64,000 nucleotides of DNA from an uncultured Acidobacteriota bacterium (GTDB lineage Bacteria > Acidobacteriota > UBA6911), in contig CAWHCF010000023.1 of assembly GCA_963827655.1 (NCBI GenBank), positions 505,466 through 569,465 of the forward strand, in the 5' to 3' direction. Made by a program: the position numbers and the translations under genes. Below, piece by piece: positions 7,716 through 17,271 of this stretch. The notes beneath the pieces were generated by a model that had not been told where the DNA came from, did not search any database, and worked only from the letters and a program-made list of their open reading frames with translations. Every line of letters starts with the position of its first letter. The first letter of the stretch is position 1.

Positions 7716-10700
7716 ATGGCCATCACCCGCAGCACCGCGGCAGAACGGGCACTGCGCGCTCCTCGCTATGCCTCCCTGGGAACAACGGGCACCCGCGCAC
7801 TGGAAACTTATCTGCTCCTGGCCGCCTCGAGCGTGATCGCTCTGGGCCTCTTCCTGGTTTATCAGGCCAGGATGTCGGAGCTCGAAAACGAAGCCGCCCG
7901 GGGGCAAAGGGTTAACTTGAATCAGGTGCGGACCGTTGAGGAACTCCTGCCGCGCCTCGGCCTGTTCCTGGACCCCGAAGACCGAACTTTCGCGGCCAGA
8001 CGAATCCGTGATCGCCTGCGCGAGCGCGAACTCGAGAGCGTCGGCGAATTGGGTTCGATTCGCGTCACTGCCGATGAGATCCGCCGTACCCGTGGTCTGG
8101 ACCTTTACGCGTCACGGTTGAGCGATCTCATCGAGCAATCAGGAAAGAACGCATCTCCCTCCCTTCCCTTGCTGACCGGTGCTCAGCTGCGCCAGGTCCG
8201 GCCTTTTTTCGTGGTGCGAACAGAGCATGAGTTTCGGAGCCTGCTGATCGTCTATTCGTTCATTCTGTTCGCAGCGGTATATGCCGTACACTTGGCCTGG
8301 CGCCTCGTGCGCTTCGGGGGAGACTTGATTCTGCTCCCTCTGGGTCATTTCCTCACCGGAATCGGTACCCTCATGATGCTGAGCCTGCGCGATCCCCTTC
8401 GGGATCGCGCGCTATTCCCGGATTTTATCCTGGGTATCGCCCTGGGCTGCATCTTGCTCTTTTTCTGCAGCCGGCCGGACTACGAAAGCACGCTCCTGCG
8501 CCGCCTGGCCTACATCCCGCTGCTTGCAAGCTTTGGGTTATCGGTGATGCTGGTGGTCTTTGGATCGGGGCCCGGAGTGAGCGACGCCAAGGTCAATCTG
8601 GCTCTTGGACCGTTCTCCACCCAGCCGGTAGAGCTGATCAAGATACTTCTGTTACTGTTCCTGGCCGGGTACTTCGCGCAGCGCTGGGAGTTTTTTCGGG
8701 AACTCCAGGAACCGCGAGTCAGGCTGCCCCGCTGGCTGCGGGGCTTTGATGTGCCGCGCCTGCAATACGCCGTTCCGGTGGTTGCCGGAGTCGCGCTGGC
8801 TATCGGGTTTTTCTTCCTGCAGAAAGACCTCGGACCGGCGCTGGTCTTCGCGCTGCTGTTCTTGACCCTTTATGCGATCGCGCGCGCCAGGGCCCTCGCG
8901 CTGGTCCTCGGCTGCGCGGCCCTCATCCTTACGTTCGCTGTCGGTTACCAGCTGAAGATGCCTCGAACCGTGGCCGCCCGCGTCGCAGTGTGGCTTTCCC
9001 CTTGGGACAACTACATCCGGCCCGGCGGCGATCACCTCGCGCAATCATTGTGGACCTTCGCTTCGGGAGGGACTTTCGGCAGCGGCCTCGGGCTGGGAGA
9101 TCCGGAATCAGTTCCTGCCATCCATACGGACTTCGTTCTGGCCGCTGCCGGCGAAGAGCTCGGCTTCGCCGGGCTGCTGGGGATATATCTCCTCTACGGG
9201 TTGCTCATCGATCGCGCCCTTAAAATCTCGCTCGGCGCCCGCGGCCATTACACCCTCTTCCTGGGGTTGGGACTTGCGCTGCTGCTGGGCTTCCAGGTCG
9301 CGCTGATCTCAGGAGGAATCCTTGGGCTGGTCCCCCTTTCCGGTGTGGTCACGCCCTTTTTGAACTACGGCAAGTCTTCGACTATTGTGAACTTCATAGC
9401 CCTGGGAATCCTGGCTTCGATCTCTGCCCATCCCGGCCCGCCGGGGCAAAACGAGATGTTTCGCAAGCCGGTCCGGTGGGTGGGCGGAGTCCTGGCGGCG
9501 CTTGCGGCGGCGGTCTTGATTCAAGCCGCGCGGATCCAGATCGTCGACAGTGATAATTTCATGGTCGCAGGAATTCTGGGGGTGCAGGCTGACGGCCACC
9601 GACGTTACTCTTACAATCCACGAATTCTCGCGGCCGCGCGCCAGATTGACCGCGGTTCGATTTTCGACCGGAATGGAATTCCACTGGCGGTTAGCTCGAG
9701 GGAGCCGCTGGAATCTCGCCGAGCGGAATTCCAGAAGCTTGGGATCGTGCTGGAGGAAACCCTGGATCCGTACGCCGGCAGGCAGTACCCGTTCGGAGGG
9801 CTGACCTTCCACCTGCTGGGCGACCTGCGATCGAGGATCAACTGGGGAGCGCCCAACACCGCTTTCGTCGAGCGGGATTTCAATGTCAAGCTCCAGGGCT
9901 ACGACGACGGCGCGCGCGTGGTCCGCGTAAGGGACACACCCGAGGGCGTCGCACACCCGGTCCTGAAGCATGACTACCGCGAGCTGATCCCGCTGGTCCG
10001 GTATCGTCACCGCCCCGAACATGAGCAGGTGCAGGAACTTCTCCGACGCGACCGCGACCTCCGCGTTTCCATCGATATCCGGCTGCAGAAGCAGGTTGCG
10101 GAGATACTCGAGCAGCACATCCGCGGCGCCGGGAGCGAGAAGGGTGCCGCCATAGTCCTGGATCCCGTCACGGGCGAGCTGCTGGCCTCGGCGACCTACC
10201 CCTGGTCGGAGGCGATGGACGGAGGCGGACTGCTGGAAGATGGGGATGAGAATTCCGGCCGCAACGAGAGTCGTCTCGACCGGCCGCGATTCGGACTCTA
10301 TCCGCCAGGGTCGGTGTTCAAGCTGATCACGGCAAGCGCCGCGATGGAGGCGCAGCCCGATGCGGAAAAGGAGACTTTCGTCTGCAAGCGGCTGCCCGAT
10401 GGCCGGGTGGGCAACGTTGTTCGGGGCAGGAGCCGGCCGGTTCGTGACGATGTCCTCGACACGGCTCCTCACGGAAGCGTCGATATGGCGCGCGGAATCG
10501 CGATCTCGTGCAACGCCTACTTCGCACAGCTCGGGACTTACGTGGTGGGACCCGAGAAGTTGCTGCGAGTCGCGGATTTCTTTGGCATACGTGTCGCATC
10601 CCCCAACACTCCCGCCAAGCTTATGGACGCCCTCCCCCAGGCCTCTTACGGTCAGGGACAGGTGGTCGCATCGCCCATGCAGATGGCACGCGTGGCCGCG

Positions 10701-11069
10701 GCTATCGCTAACGGCGGCAAGACTCAGACCGTAGGGCTGATCGCCGGAGTAACCACTCAGGGGCAACAGGTGTTCCGTCCGGAGCACGCGCGGCTGCTGG
10801 CGGCCGCCATGCGCGCCGCAGTGACCGGAGGGACGGGAAAGGCGCTGAAAGATTTACCGATCCCGGTCGCCGGAAAGACCGGCACGGCCGAGCTGAGCGC
10901 CAAACCCTCGCATGCCTGGTTCGCCGGATTCGCGCCGTATGACAGTTCGGCTCGCAAACGGATCGCCTTTGCGGTGATCGTCGAGAACGGCCGGTACGGA
11001 GGGCGCGTGGCGGCGCCGCTGGCGGGAGAAATTATTAATGCGGCGGCGCGGCAGAAACTTATTGAGTAA
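7716..11069 (+). CDS. SEDS glycosyltransferase (RodA/FtsW) fused to class B penicillin-binding transpeptidase
   Basis: QPVELIK, QKDLG, HTDF, GEELG, PLSGVVTPFLNYG SEDS motifs; transpeptidase PGSVFK, SCN, KTG. Confidence 0.92.
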   Translation: MAITRSTAAERALRAPRYASLGTTGTRALETYLLLAASSVIALGLFLVYQARMSELENEAARGQRVNLNQVRTVEELLPRLGLFLDPEDRTFAARRIRDRLRERELESVGELGSIRVTADEIRRTRGLDLYASRLSDLIEQSGKNASPSLPLLTGAQLRQVRPFFVVRTEHEFRSLLIVYSFILFAAVYAVHLAWRLVRFGGDLILLPLGHFLTGIGTLMMLSLRDPLRDRALFPDFILGIALGCILLFFCSRPDYESTLLRRLAYIPLLASFGLSVMLVVFGSGPGVSDAKVNLALGPFSTQPVELIKILLLLFLAGYFAQRWEFFRELQEPRVRLPRWLRGFDVPRLQYAVPVVAGVALAIGFFFLQKDLGPALVFALLFLTLYAIARARALALVLGCAALILTFAVGYQLKMPRTVAARVAVWLSPWDNYIRPGGDHLAQSLWTFASGGTFGSGLGLGDPESVPAIHTDFVLAAAGEELGFAGLLGIYLLYGLLIDRALKISLGARGHYTLFLGLGLALLLGFQVALISGGILGLVPLSGVVTPFLNYGKSSTIVNFIALGILASISAHPGPPGQNEMFRKPVRWVGGVLAALAAAVLIQAARIQIVDSDNFMVAGILGVQADGHRRYSYNPRILAAARQIDRGSIFDRNGIPLAVSSREPLESRRAEFQKLGIVLEETLDPYAGRQYPFGGLTFHLLGDLRSRINWGAPNTAFVERDFNVKLQGYDDGARVVRVRDTPEGVAHPVLKHDYRELIPLVRYRHRPEHEQVQELLRRDRDLRVSIDIRLQKQVAEILEQHIRGAGSEKGAAIVLDPVTGELLASATYPWSEAMDGGGLLEDGDENSGRNESRLDRPRFGLYPPGSVFKLITASAAMEAQPDAEKETFVCKRLPDGRVGNVVRGRSRPVRDDVLDTAPHGSVDMARGIAISCNAYFAQLGTYVVGPEKLLRVADFFGIRVASPNTPAKLMDALPQASYGQGQVVASPMQMARVAAAIANGGKTQTVGLIAGVTTQGQQVFRPEHARLLAAAMRAAVTGGTGKALKDLPIPVAGKTGTAELSAKPSHAWFAGFAPYDSSARKRIAFAVIVENGRYGGRVAAPLAGEIINAAARQKLIE

Positions 11070-11118
11070 AATCGCGTCATATTTGGGGTCTTGGCGCCTT
11101 CGTGGTAAATGGTAGAAT

Positions 11119-11934
11119 ATGCGATTCCTGGACACCCTCCTGAGGGCGGAACACAAGATCCAGAAGCGGGTTGATAAAGTCTTCGGGCGCGGCGCAGCGC
11201 GCACTCCGTTGGAAATCCGGCGGGAAATCCTGGACCAGGTGGAAAACAGCATCGTCAGGGATGGTCGGGGGAAACACTTTCCCTTCAGCCGGATAACGGT
11301 CCGTTTCCAGCCAGAGGGGGACGATCAGCGAGCGATACTCTGCGCCGCATTCCTCGAGGGGAAGTCTCTGGAGCAGGACATTCGAGATCTTCTTCACCAC
11401 TCCGGCTGTCAGCTGCACGATAGCCTGGAGATCGCACTTGATTTCGGCGACCCGCCCGGCGCCGGATCGGCAGTGAATCCAGAAGACAGGTTTCACCTGG
11501 AGTTCACCCGCCCGGCCGAGCAGAAATCCCGATCGAGGAAGAGGCATCGGCTGCCGGAGGTCGAGTTTGAAGTCCTGAAAGGGGCGGCGGAGCAAGCCGT
11601 CTTTCGTATCGCGAAGACGAGGATTCACTTGGGACGCCTGAAAGAGGTCGTCGATCGAGAAGGACAGATAGTAAGAAGAAATGACGTCGTCTTCCTGGAC
11701 AGCGGAGATGAAGTCAATTCCACGGTTGGACGGGCGCACGCAATGGTGTTCTTCGACGAGGCCAGGAATGAGTTCCGCATTGTCGACGAGGTGAGCAAGT
11801 ACGGAACTCGGATATTCCGTGAGAGCCGCCCGATCGAGATTCCACCCGGAAAGCCGCGCGGAATCGGGCTGCGTCCCGGTGACGAGATTTACCTGGGCCG
11901 CGCTTGCCTCCGTTTTGGAATCCCATCAGTTTGA
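11119..11934 (+). CDS. Second FhaA-like protein (DUF3662-like plus FHA)
   Basis: PLEIRREILDQVE N-terminal domain; FHA LGR, VGRAH, SKYGT. Confidence 0.82.
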   Translation: MRFLDTLLRAEHKIQKRVDKVFGRGAARTPLEIRREILDQVENSIVRDGRGKHFPFSRITVRFQPEGDDQRAILCAAFLEGKSLEQDIRDLLHHSGCQLHDSLEIALDFGDPPGAGSAVNPEDRFHLEFTRPAEQKSRSRKRHRLPEVEFEVLKGAAEQAVFRIAKTRIHLGRLKEVVDREGQIVRRNDVVFLDSGDEVNSTVGRAHAMVFFDEARNEFRIVDEVSKYGTRIFRESRPIEIPPGKPRGIGLRPGDEIYLGRACLRFGIPSV

Positions 11935-11989
11935 ATTTGCCCGCCGTCACGACAAGCCCTGAGAATAAAGATTGGATGAGAAGCCGACT

Positions 11990-12772
11990 ATGAAATCGAA
12001 ATACGTTGAGAACTATCCCGGAAAGCGGTGGCTGAAAGCCGAAATGCACTCACACTGCAGCCTGGATCCTGTTGACTACAGGATGTGTGCTCATTCCCCG
12101 GAGCAGCTGATTTCCGAGGCCGCCCGCCTCGGCTACGAAGTGCTGGCCATTACCTGCCACAACCTCGATATATGGAGCCAGGATCTCTCCGACTACGCAG
12201 CGAGCCTGGGGATCACGCTTGTTCCCGGCATGGAAGTGTCGACGGAAGGACGCCGCCATACGCTGGTCTATAACTTTCGAACCGGCGCTGAGAACCTCAA
12301 TACGCTTGAGAAGATTCGCCGTCGCTCACGCGAGGACACTCTGGTTGTGGCTGCGCATCCCTATTTCCCGGGCAAAGTATGTCTCGGATCTCTCCTGGAG
12401 CGGCATATCGACCTTTTCGATGCCGTCGAATCTTCGGGCTTCTTTGCTCCAGGCCTCGACTTTAACCGGCGGGCCAGAGCGGTCGCGCAGGAGCACAGAA
12501 AACCGTTGGTCGGCAATGGCGACGTTCATTTCCTGTGGCAGCTGGGAAGAACGTTTACCTGGATTTACGCCGAACCGAATGTCCGCGGGATTCTGGATGC
12601 CGTCAAGCGAGGCGATGTGCGCGTGGAGTCTCAGGCGCTGGCTTATGTTGATCTCGCGCGCTGGTGGGCGACTGCGCTCTGGCATCGCGTTTTCCCGATT
12701 CGTCCGGCTCCTGCGCCAGCCGGGGAATCAACGCACTGCGCCTCGCCGGCTTTCAAATCCTCGATACCGTAA
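11990..12772 (+). CDS. PHP-domain metallophosphoesterase
   Basis: MHSHC, AITCHN, PGMEVS, AHPY, GNGDVH. Confidence 0.85.
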   Translation: MKSKYVENYPGKRWLKAEMHSHCSLDPVDYRMCAHSPEQLISEAARLGYEVLAITCHNLDIWSQDLSDYAASLGITLVPGMEVSTEGRRHTLVYNFRTGAENLNTLEKIRRRSREDTLVVAAHPYFPGKVCLGSLLERHIDLFDAVESSGFFAPGLDFNRRARAVAQEHRKPLVGNGDVHFLWQLGRTFTWIYAEPNVRGILDAVKRGDVRVESQALAYVDLARWWATALWHRVFPIRPAPAPAGESTHCASPAFKSSIP

Positions 12773-13057
12773 AACGGCTTGACGATCGGGAGATGACATG
12801 AAGCGCCACAAGTGGGCTGGGAATTGGTGCTCACGGCCCGCTTCGCGGACGACGTCGAGGTGCCCATCAGATTGGCCGACGGGAAGACGCGGCCTGATTT
12901 CGACCCGGATAACCGATCTCCCGAGGCGGGCCGGATGACTCGCCGATGAAGATACTGATTCCTACGTGCGCCAAGTCCGGCAGGCCTGGAAAGGTTGATT
13001 CTTAGTCGTTTCTTTGTGTCTTCGCGTCTTAGCGGTATTTGTTCCCAGCGCCACCGA

Positions 13058-13936
13058 TCACTCGCCGCGGCGGACGATATACACCCCGAATAAAATCAGC
13101 GCGGCGCCCGCGATTTGCGACCTTTCCGGCGCCTCTCCAAGCATGAGCCATCCTCCTGCCAGCCCGATCAGCGGGGTCAAGTTGGAATAGAGGGCCGTGC
13201 GCGAGACGCCCAGGTGGCGGAGTCCATAGGACCAGCCGAGATAGCAGTAAACGATGGAAAGAAAGGTCGAGTAACAGAATCCCAGCCATCCTCGCAGAGG
13301 AATGGAGAGCCAATCCTGTCGCACCATGGACGGAATCACAAGAGGAAGCAAAACCGCGGTGCCCGCCATCATCACCCAGAGGGTGAGCCGCAGCGCGCCG
13401 TACTTGACTATCAGGTGCGCCGCGTTTCCTGTGTACCATCCCCAGCACAATGCCGAGCCCAGAATCATGGCGTCTCCGCGCCAGTCGACCCCGAAAGATA
13501 ATTGTTGCGAGCTGGACAACACGACGGCCGCCACGCCCGCCACCGAGAGCCCAATGCCGCTGAGCACCTTGGTGCTGAAGGATTCCCCCTTCGAGAGCAC
13601 GCCTGCGAGATAGGCGAAGACCGGGGTCGAGGCCATGAGCAGGCCGACGTTTCCTGCTTTTGTTTGGGCGAGCCCGAAGACGAAGAGGATCTGGTAAACC
13701 GTTGTGGAAACAATCCCGAGACCAATGATGGACGGCAGGTCCTGGCGATTCAACCTGAGAGGCTCGCCGCGTATTTTCAGAATGGCCGCCAGAGTCATGA
13801 CGGCAACACAGAAACGCGGGCCGGTGAAAGCCAGAGGACTGAAATAGGTGTAGAGATGCTTCATGATCGAAAAATTCAATCCCCAGATCAGGATCACGCT
13901 CAGCAGTATCAGGTCGGCCCACACGACTCTCTTCAT
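13058..13936 (-). CDS. DMT/EamA family transporter
   Basis: IWGLNF start, about 10 TM helices, two EamA repeats. Confidence 0.9.
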   Translation of the reverse strand: MKRVVWADLILLSVILIWGLNFSIMKHLYTYFSPLAFTGPRFCVAVMTLAAILKIRGEPLRLNRQDLPSIIGLGIVSTTVYQILFVFGLAQTKAGNVGLLMASTPVFAYLAGVLSKGESFSTKVLSGIGLSVAGVAAVVLSSSQQLSFGVDWRGDAMILGSALCWGWYTGNAAHLIVKYGALRLTLWVMMAGTAVLLPLVIPSMVRQDWLSIPLRGWLGFCYSTFLSIVYCYLGWSYGLRHLGVSRTALYSNLTPLIGLAGGWLMLGEAPERSQIAGAALILFGVYIVRRGE

Positions 13937-14140
13937 TTCGGATTTTGGACACCGATCAGTTTAATTGCGATTTCCGATTGCGGATTCAAGTAAGCGTCGA
14001 TGAAGACGTCTGCTGCTGCCGCGATTTCACGACCGGCTTTGACCTTGTCGAGAATCGCGACCCACAATCGGAAATAGTTCACCCCCGGGGTGCGCAGAAT
14101 CGATGTCGGCCGAGCATCCAACGCGCAATCCGCAATCGAC
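13937..14140. repeat. Degenerate GATTKCG/CGCAATC heptamer repeats downstream of the dGTPase
   Basis: attgcgatttccgattgcggatt (about 13965-13987) and cgcaatccgcaatcga (about 14124-14139). Confidence 0.55.
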
Positions 14141-14145
14141 AAGGC

Positions 14146-15489
14146 TTACAACAAATCAAAAATTGAGGATGCCTGCGAACCGCGCAGCAGGGAATGCAGG
14201 CGAATCGCATCCATATCGGTGAGGAGCGCCAGAAAATTACACACTCCTCGCGCCGCCTCCATTTCTCCCCTGCCGATGCACTCTTCGATGATGGGACGAT
14301 AGTAGCGCGGAAACAGAGCGTTGCTCCGTTTCTTGACCAGCTCTTCCATGAGCAGATGAAACAAGTCTCGAAGAATCTCCTTTCCCTTTGAGCTCATGGC
14401 GGCGACACGCGGATCGGTGATTACGGCTTCCCAGATGACGGCTTTGCAAAGCACCGACAGGATGCGGGGCTCGGAAGGAACCACGAGCGTCCAGGAATAA
14501 TCGGCTCGCCGGCTCTCTGCAAAAAATTCAACCGAAACTGAAATGACCAGCTCGTTGACGATATTCCGGAGGGCCTTTTTCCGGTGGGCGCGCTCATCAC
14601 CAGTCCCCGGAGGGCGGATTCGTTGACCCAGGCACCGCAGCCGCTCCCGGATTTCGGCGCGGCTCAGCTCGGGGACACCTTCGCTCTCGCGCGTTTCCTC
14701 GTAGCGTTTGACGACGCATCGCACAAAGGCAGCTTCCGCGAGATCGCCCGGGCGTAAGAATTGCGCCTGGAGAGCATCCTCCACGTCGTGGACCGAATAG
14801 GCGCAGTCGTCCGCCCAATCCAGGATCTGGCAGATAAGAGACGTTCGGGAGCGTTTGCCTCTTTTTTTCTCTCGAGCCGAGAGCAGCTGGGTTCCTCCCC
14901 GTATCGCCCAACGGGCACTCGGAATATCCGAGGTGAAGATGAATTTTTCATTTCCGATGTCCTGCTCATACGGATACTTCATGACTCCGGCCAAAGTAGC
15001 GCGCGTCAGGTTGAGGCCCGGATAGTCGGGGGATTTCGGTTCCGCGGCCACCAGAATGTGGAAGGTCTGGGCGTTACCTTCGAAGCGGAGCGCCCGGTTA
15101 CCTCGCAAACGAGCGCGGCGGCTGACCTCGCGCATGCACGAGTCGAGGGTCTCCTCACCGGCGTGCCCGAAAGGTGGATGGCCCAGATCATGCGCCAGCG
15201 TCGCCGCTTCGGCCAGTTCGGGGGTGAGGCACCGGGCGAGAGCAGGCTGGTCGAACAGAAGGTTGTGACTGATTGCGCGGGCCAGCTGTGCTGCTTCGAT
15301 GGTGTGGGTCAGCCGCGTGCGATAGAAGTCGGCCTGCCCAATGCCGAATACCTGGGTCTTGCCTTGCAGCCTGCGGAAAGCTGCACTATGCAGAATGCGG
15401 TCCCGGTCTCGCTCGGTGGGATGACGATGATCCTTGGGGGACGGAGGAGGTTCGTCGTGCTCGCGCTCGAGAAGATACTGATCCATCAT
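14146..15489 (-). CDS. dgt: Deoxyguanosinetriphosphate triphosphohydrolase (dGTPase, HD family)
   Basis: RDRDRILHSAAFRRLQGKTQVF, RTRLTHT, AHDLGHPPFGHAGE, FEGNAQ, ADDCAYSVHDVED; start moved to MMDQ because the upstream part of the track ORF is repeat-derived. Confidence 0.9.
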   Translation of the reverse strand: MMDQYLLEREHDEPPPSPKDHRHPTERDRDRILHSAAFRRLQGKTQVFGIGQADFYRTRLTHTIEAAQLARAISHNLLFDQPALARCLTPELAEAATLAHDLGHPPFGHAGEETLDSCMREVSRRARLRGNRALRFEGNAQTFHILVAAEPKSPDYPGLNLTRATLAGVMKYPYEQDIGNEKFIFTSDIPSARWAIRGGTQLLSAREKKRGKRSRTSLICQILDWADDCAYSVHDVEDALQAQFLRPGDLAEAAFVRCVVKRYEETRESEGVPELSRAEIRERLRCLGQRIRPPGTGDERAHRKKALRNIVNELVISVSVEFFAESRRADYSWTLVVPSEPRILSVLCKAVIWEAVITDPRVAAMSSKGKEILRDLFHLLMEELVKKRSNALFPRYYRPIIEECIGRGEMEAARGVCNFLALLTDMDAIRLHSLLRGSQASSIFDLL

Positions 15490-15490
15490 T

Positions 15491-15563
15491 TCGATTGCGG
15501 ATTGCAGATTGCGGATTGCAGACTGCACCAATCGGAAATCTGCAATCCGCAATCCGCAATCGA
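15491..15563. repeat. Inverted array of heptamers (GATTGCR)x5 ... (YGCAATC)x3 forming a long hairpin
   Basis: tc gattgcg gattgca gattgcg gattgca gactgca ... tgcaatc cgcaatc cgcaatc ga fills the intergenic gap. Confidence 0.85.
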
Positions 15564-16409
15564 TTAAAGGTGGTGGATCCTTGTCAGCTCGGCCCTCAGA
15601 TAATGAAATGCCTCTTCCGGGTCATCGGAGTGATGGACTAGATTGACATCACCGGGGGATATTGTACCCCACCGCACCATGGCATCGAGGTTGATCACCT
15701 CTTTCCAGTATTCCGAGCCGTATAGAAGCACCGGCATCTTTTTCCGGGATTTTCCCGTCTGAACCAGGGTCAGGACCTCGAAAGTTTCGTCAAGGGTACC
15801 GAAGCCGCCCGGAAACATCACCAGGGCTTTTGCCAGGTAAACAAACCAGAACTTCCTCATGAAGAAATAGTGGAATTCGAACGCCAGCTCGTCGGGGACG
15901 TAGGCGTTGAGCCCCTGTTCGGCCGGAAGTGTTATCGAGAGTCCGATAGACTGGCCGCCGGCTTCCCTGGCTCCACGATTGGCCGCTTCCATGATGCCTG
16001 GGCCGCCTCCGGAGCAGATCAGGAGCCGTTTCAGCCCGGTACTTAGCGTCTTGGCCCATTCCACGATGAGACGCGCCAGAACGATGGCATCTTCATAATA
16101 TTTCGCCAGCCTGACCTGTTGTTCAGCTCTCGTCAGAAGATATTGCAGCTGGGGCGATGGTTCCGGCGCCGCCCTGAGACGTTCGCGCGCTTCGGCCAGA
16201 TTCCGGTCGGCCATTTCGCGGGAGGTCGCCCGGGCGGAACCGAAGAATACAACCGTATCCTCGACACGCTGCCATCGCAGCCGGCTGGCGGGCTCCAGGT
16301 ATTCACTCAGGATTCGCAAGGTCCGCGCGTCTCTGCTCTTGAGAAACTCAACATTCTCGTACGCCTTGCGCAGCTCCTTGCGTCTATTGGAAAGATCACC
16401 CATATTCAT
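15564..16409 (-). CDS. LOG/TIGR00730-type Rossmann-fold protein (NMP phosphoribohydrolase family)
   Basis: [41 protein letters not shown]. Confidence 0.9.
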   Translation of the reverse strand: MNMGDLSNRRKELRKAYENVEFLKSRDARTLRILSEYLEPASRLRWQRVEDTVVFFGSARATSREMADRNLAEARERLRAAPEPSPQLQYLLTRAEQQVRLAKYYEDAIVLARLIVEWAKTLSTGLKRLLICSGGGPGIMEAANRGAREAGGQSIGLSITLPAEQGLNAYVPDELAFEFHYFFMRKFWFVYLAKALVMFPGGFGTLDETFEVLTLVQTGKSRKKMPVLLYGSEYWKEVINLDAMVRWGTISPGDVNLVHHSDDPEEAFHYLRAELTRIHHL

Positions 16410-16538
16410 CTCGACTTGATCCGTGCAAAGACTAACTGAAAACAAAGGCAGAAGAAAGATCTCCGGGATTCGCTCACAGTTCTTCGGAGTGGCGGCCGAG
16501 CGCGGCGCTGGGCGGTCGAACTGTCTATCCGAGCCACG

Positions 16539-16567
16539 TTGACAAAGTAACTACCGGTGGTTACCAT
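16539..16567 (+). promoter_or_regulatory. sigma70 promoter with overlapping palindromic operator for the TA pair
   Basis: TTGACA-17 nt-TACCAT; GTAACTACCGGTGGTTAC imperfect palindrome 16547-16564; ATG 6 nt after the -10. Confidence 0.7.
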
Positions 16568-16573
16568 CCCTTC

Positions 16574-16876
16574 ATGAAAGCCGTGGGGGTCAAAGTCCTC
16601 AAAGCCAGACTCAGCGAGTATCTCCGGCTGGTAAAAGCCGGGGAGGTTGTTCTTGTGACGGAGCGCGACACGGTGGTGGCGGAGTTGCGTCCCGCCAACC
16701 GTCAGAATAGAGCACCCGCAGACCTGGGGGAGCAACTCGAGGTCCTCGCCGAGCAGGGAAACGCAACGCTGCGCAGCGAAAGCATCCAGGGTTGGCCCGG
16801 ACCCAGGGAAAAGCTCAGGCTCAAGGGTTTCTCCACTCAGTCCCTCCTGGACGACATCCGTGAAGATTCGCGATGA
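16574..16876 (+). CDS. Phd/YefM-family antitoxin
   Basis: MKAVGVKVLKARLSEYLRLVKAGEVVLVTERDTVVAELRP. Confidence 0.88.
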   Translation: MKAVGVKVLKARLSEYLRLVKAGEVVLVTERDTVVAELRPANRQNRAPADLGEQLEVLAEQGNATLRSESIQGWPGPREKLRLKGFSTQSLLDDIREDSR

Positions 16877-17271
16877 GCGCCATTTTCCTCGAAACCTCCG
16901 CGCTGTTGCGCATGCTGTTTCAGGAAGACGGAGGCGATACTGTTGTGAAGCGTCTTCGCGCCTCGGAAAGGGTCATCTGCTCGAGACTCATCCGGGTCGA
17001 GGCGGAAAGGGCTTTGATCCGCCTGAGTCTGAACTACTCCAAGAGCCACAAGCTCATCGCGAAACTACAGCACGAATTGAGGCTTTTCTGGCCCAAGGTG
17101 GACTTCATCGAGATAACGCGCGAGATCTGTGATCGCGCCGGCAGAATCGCACCGGGTTCGAGACTTCGTACTCTGGACGCAATTCATCTGGCGACCTATT
17201 ATCGCGTCAGGGAATTGGATCCAATGATCGAGATGCTCACTTTTGACGAGCGGATAAGGGGGGAGGTTTGA
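16873..17271 (+). CDS. vapC: PIN-domain toxin (VapC)
   Basis: IFLETSALL...LRTLDAIHLAT...TFDER; ATGA overlap with the antitoxin. Confidence 0.88.
   Translation: MSAIFLETSALLRMLFQEDGGDTVVKRLRASERVICSRLIRVEAERALIRLSLNYSKSHKLIAKLQHELRLFWPKVDFIEITREICDRAGRIAPGSRLRTLDAIHLATYYRVRELDPMIEMLTFDERIRGEV

Noticed and set aside
9309-10787. 492-aa minus-strand ORF (and similar ones at 26274-27467, 33990-35021, 58277-59293)
   Set aside because: Antisense shadows of well-supported genes.
15490-15552. N-terminal extension MRIADFRLVQSAIRNLQSAIE of the dGTPase
   Set aside because: It is the translation of the heptamer hairpin; family motifs begin after MMDQ.
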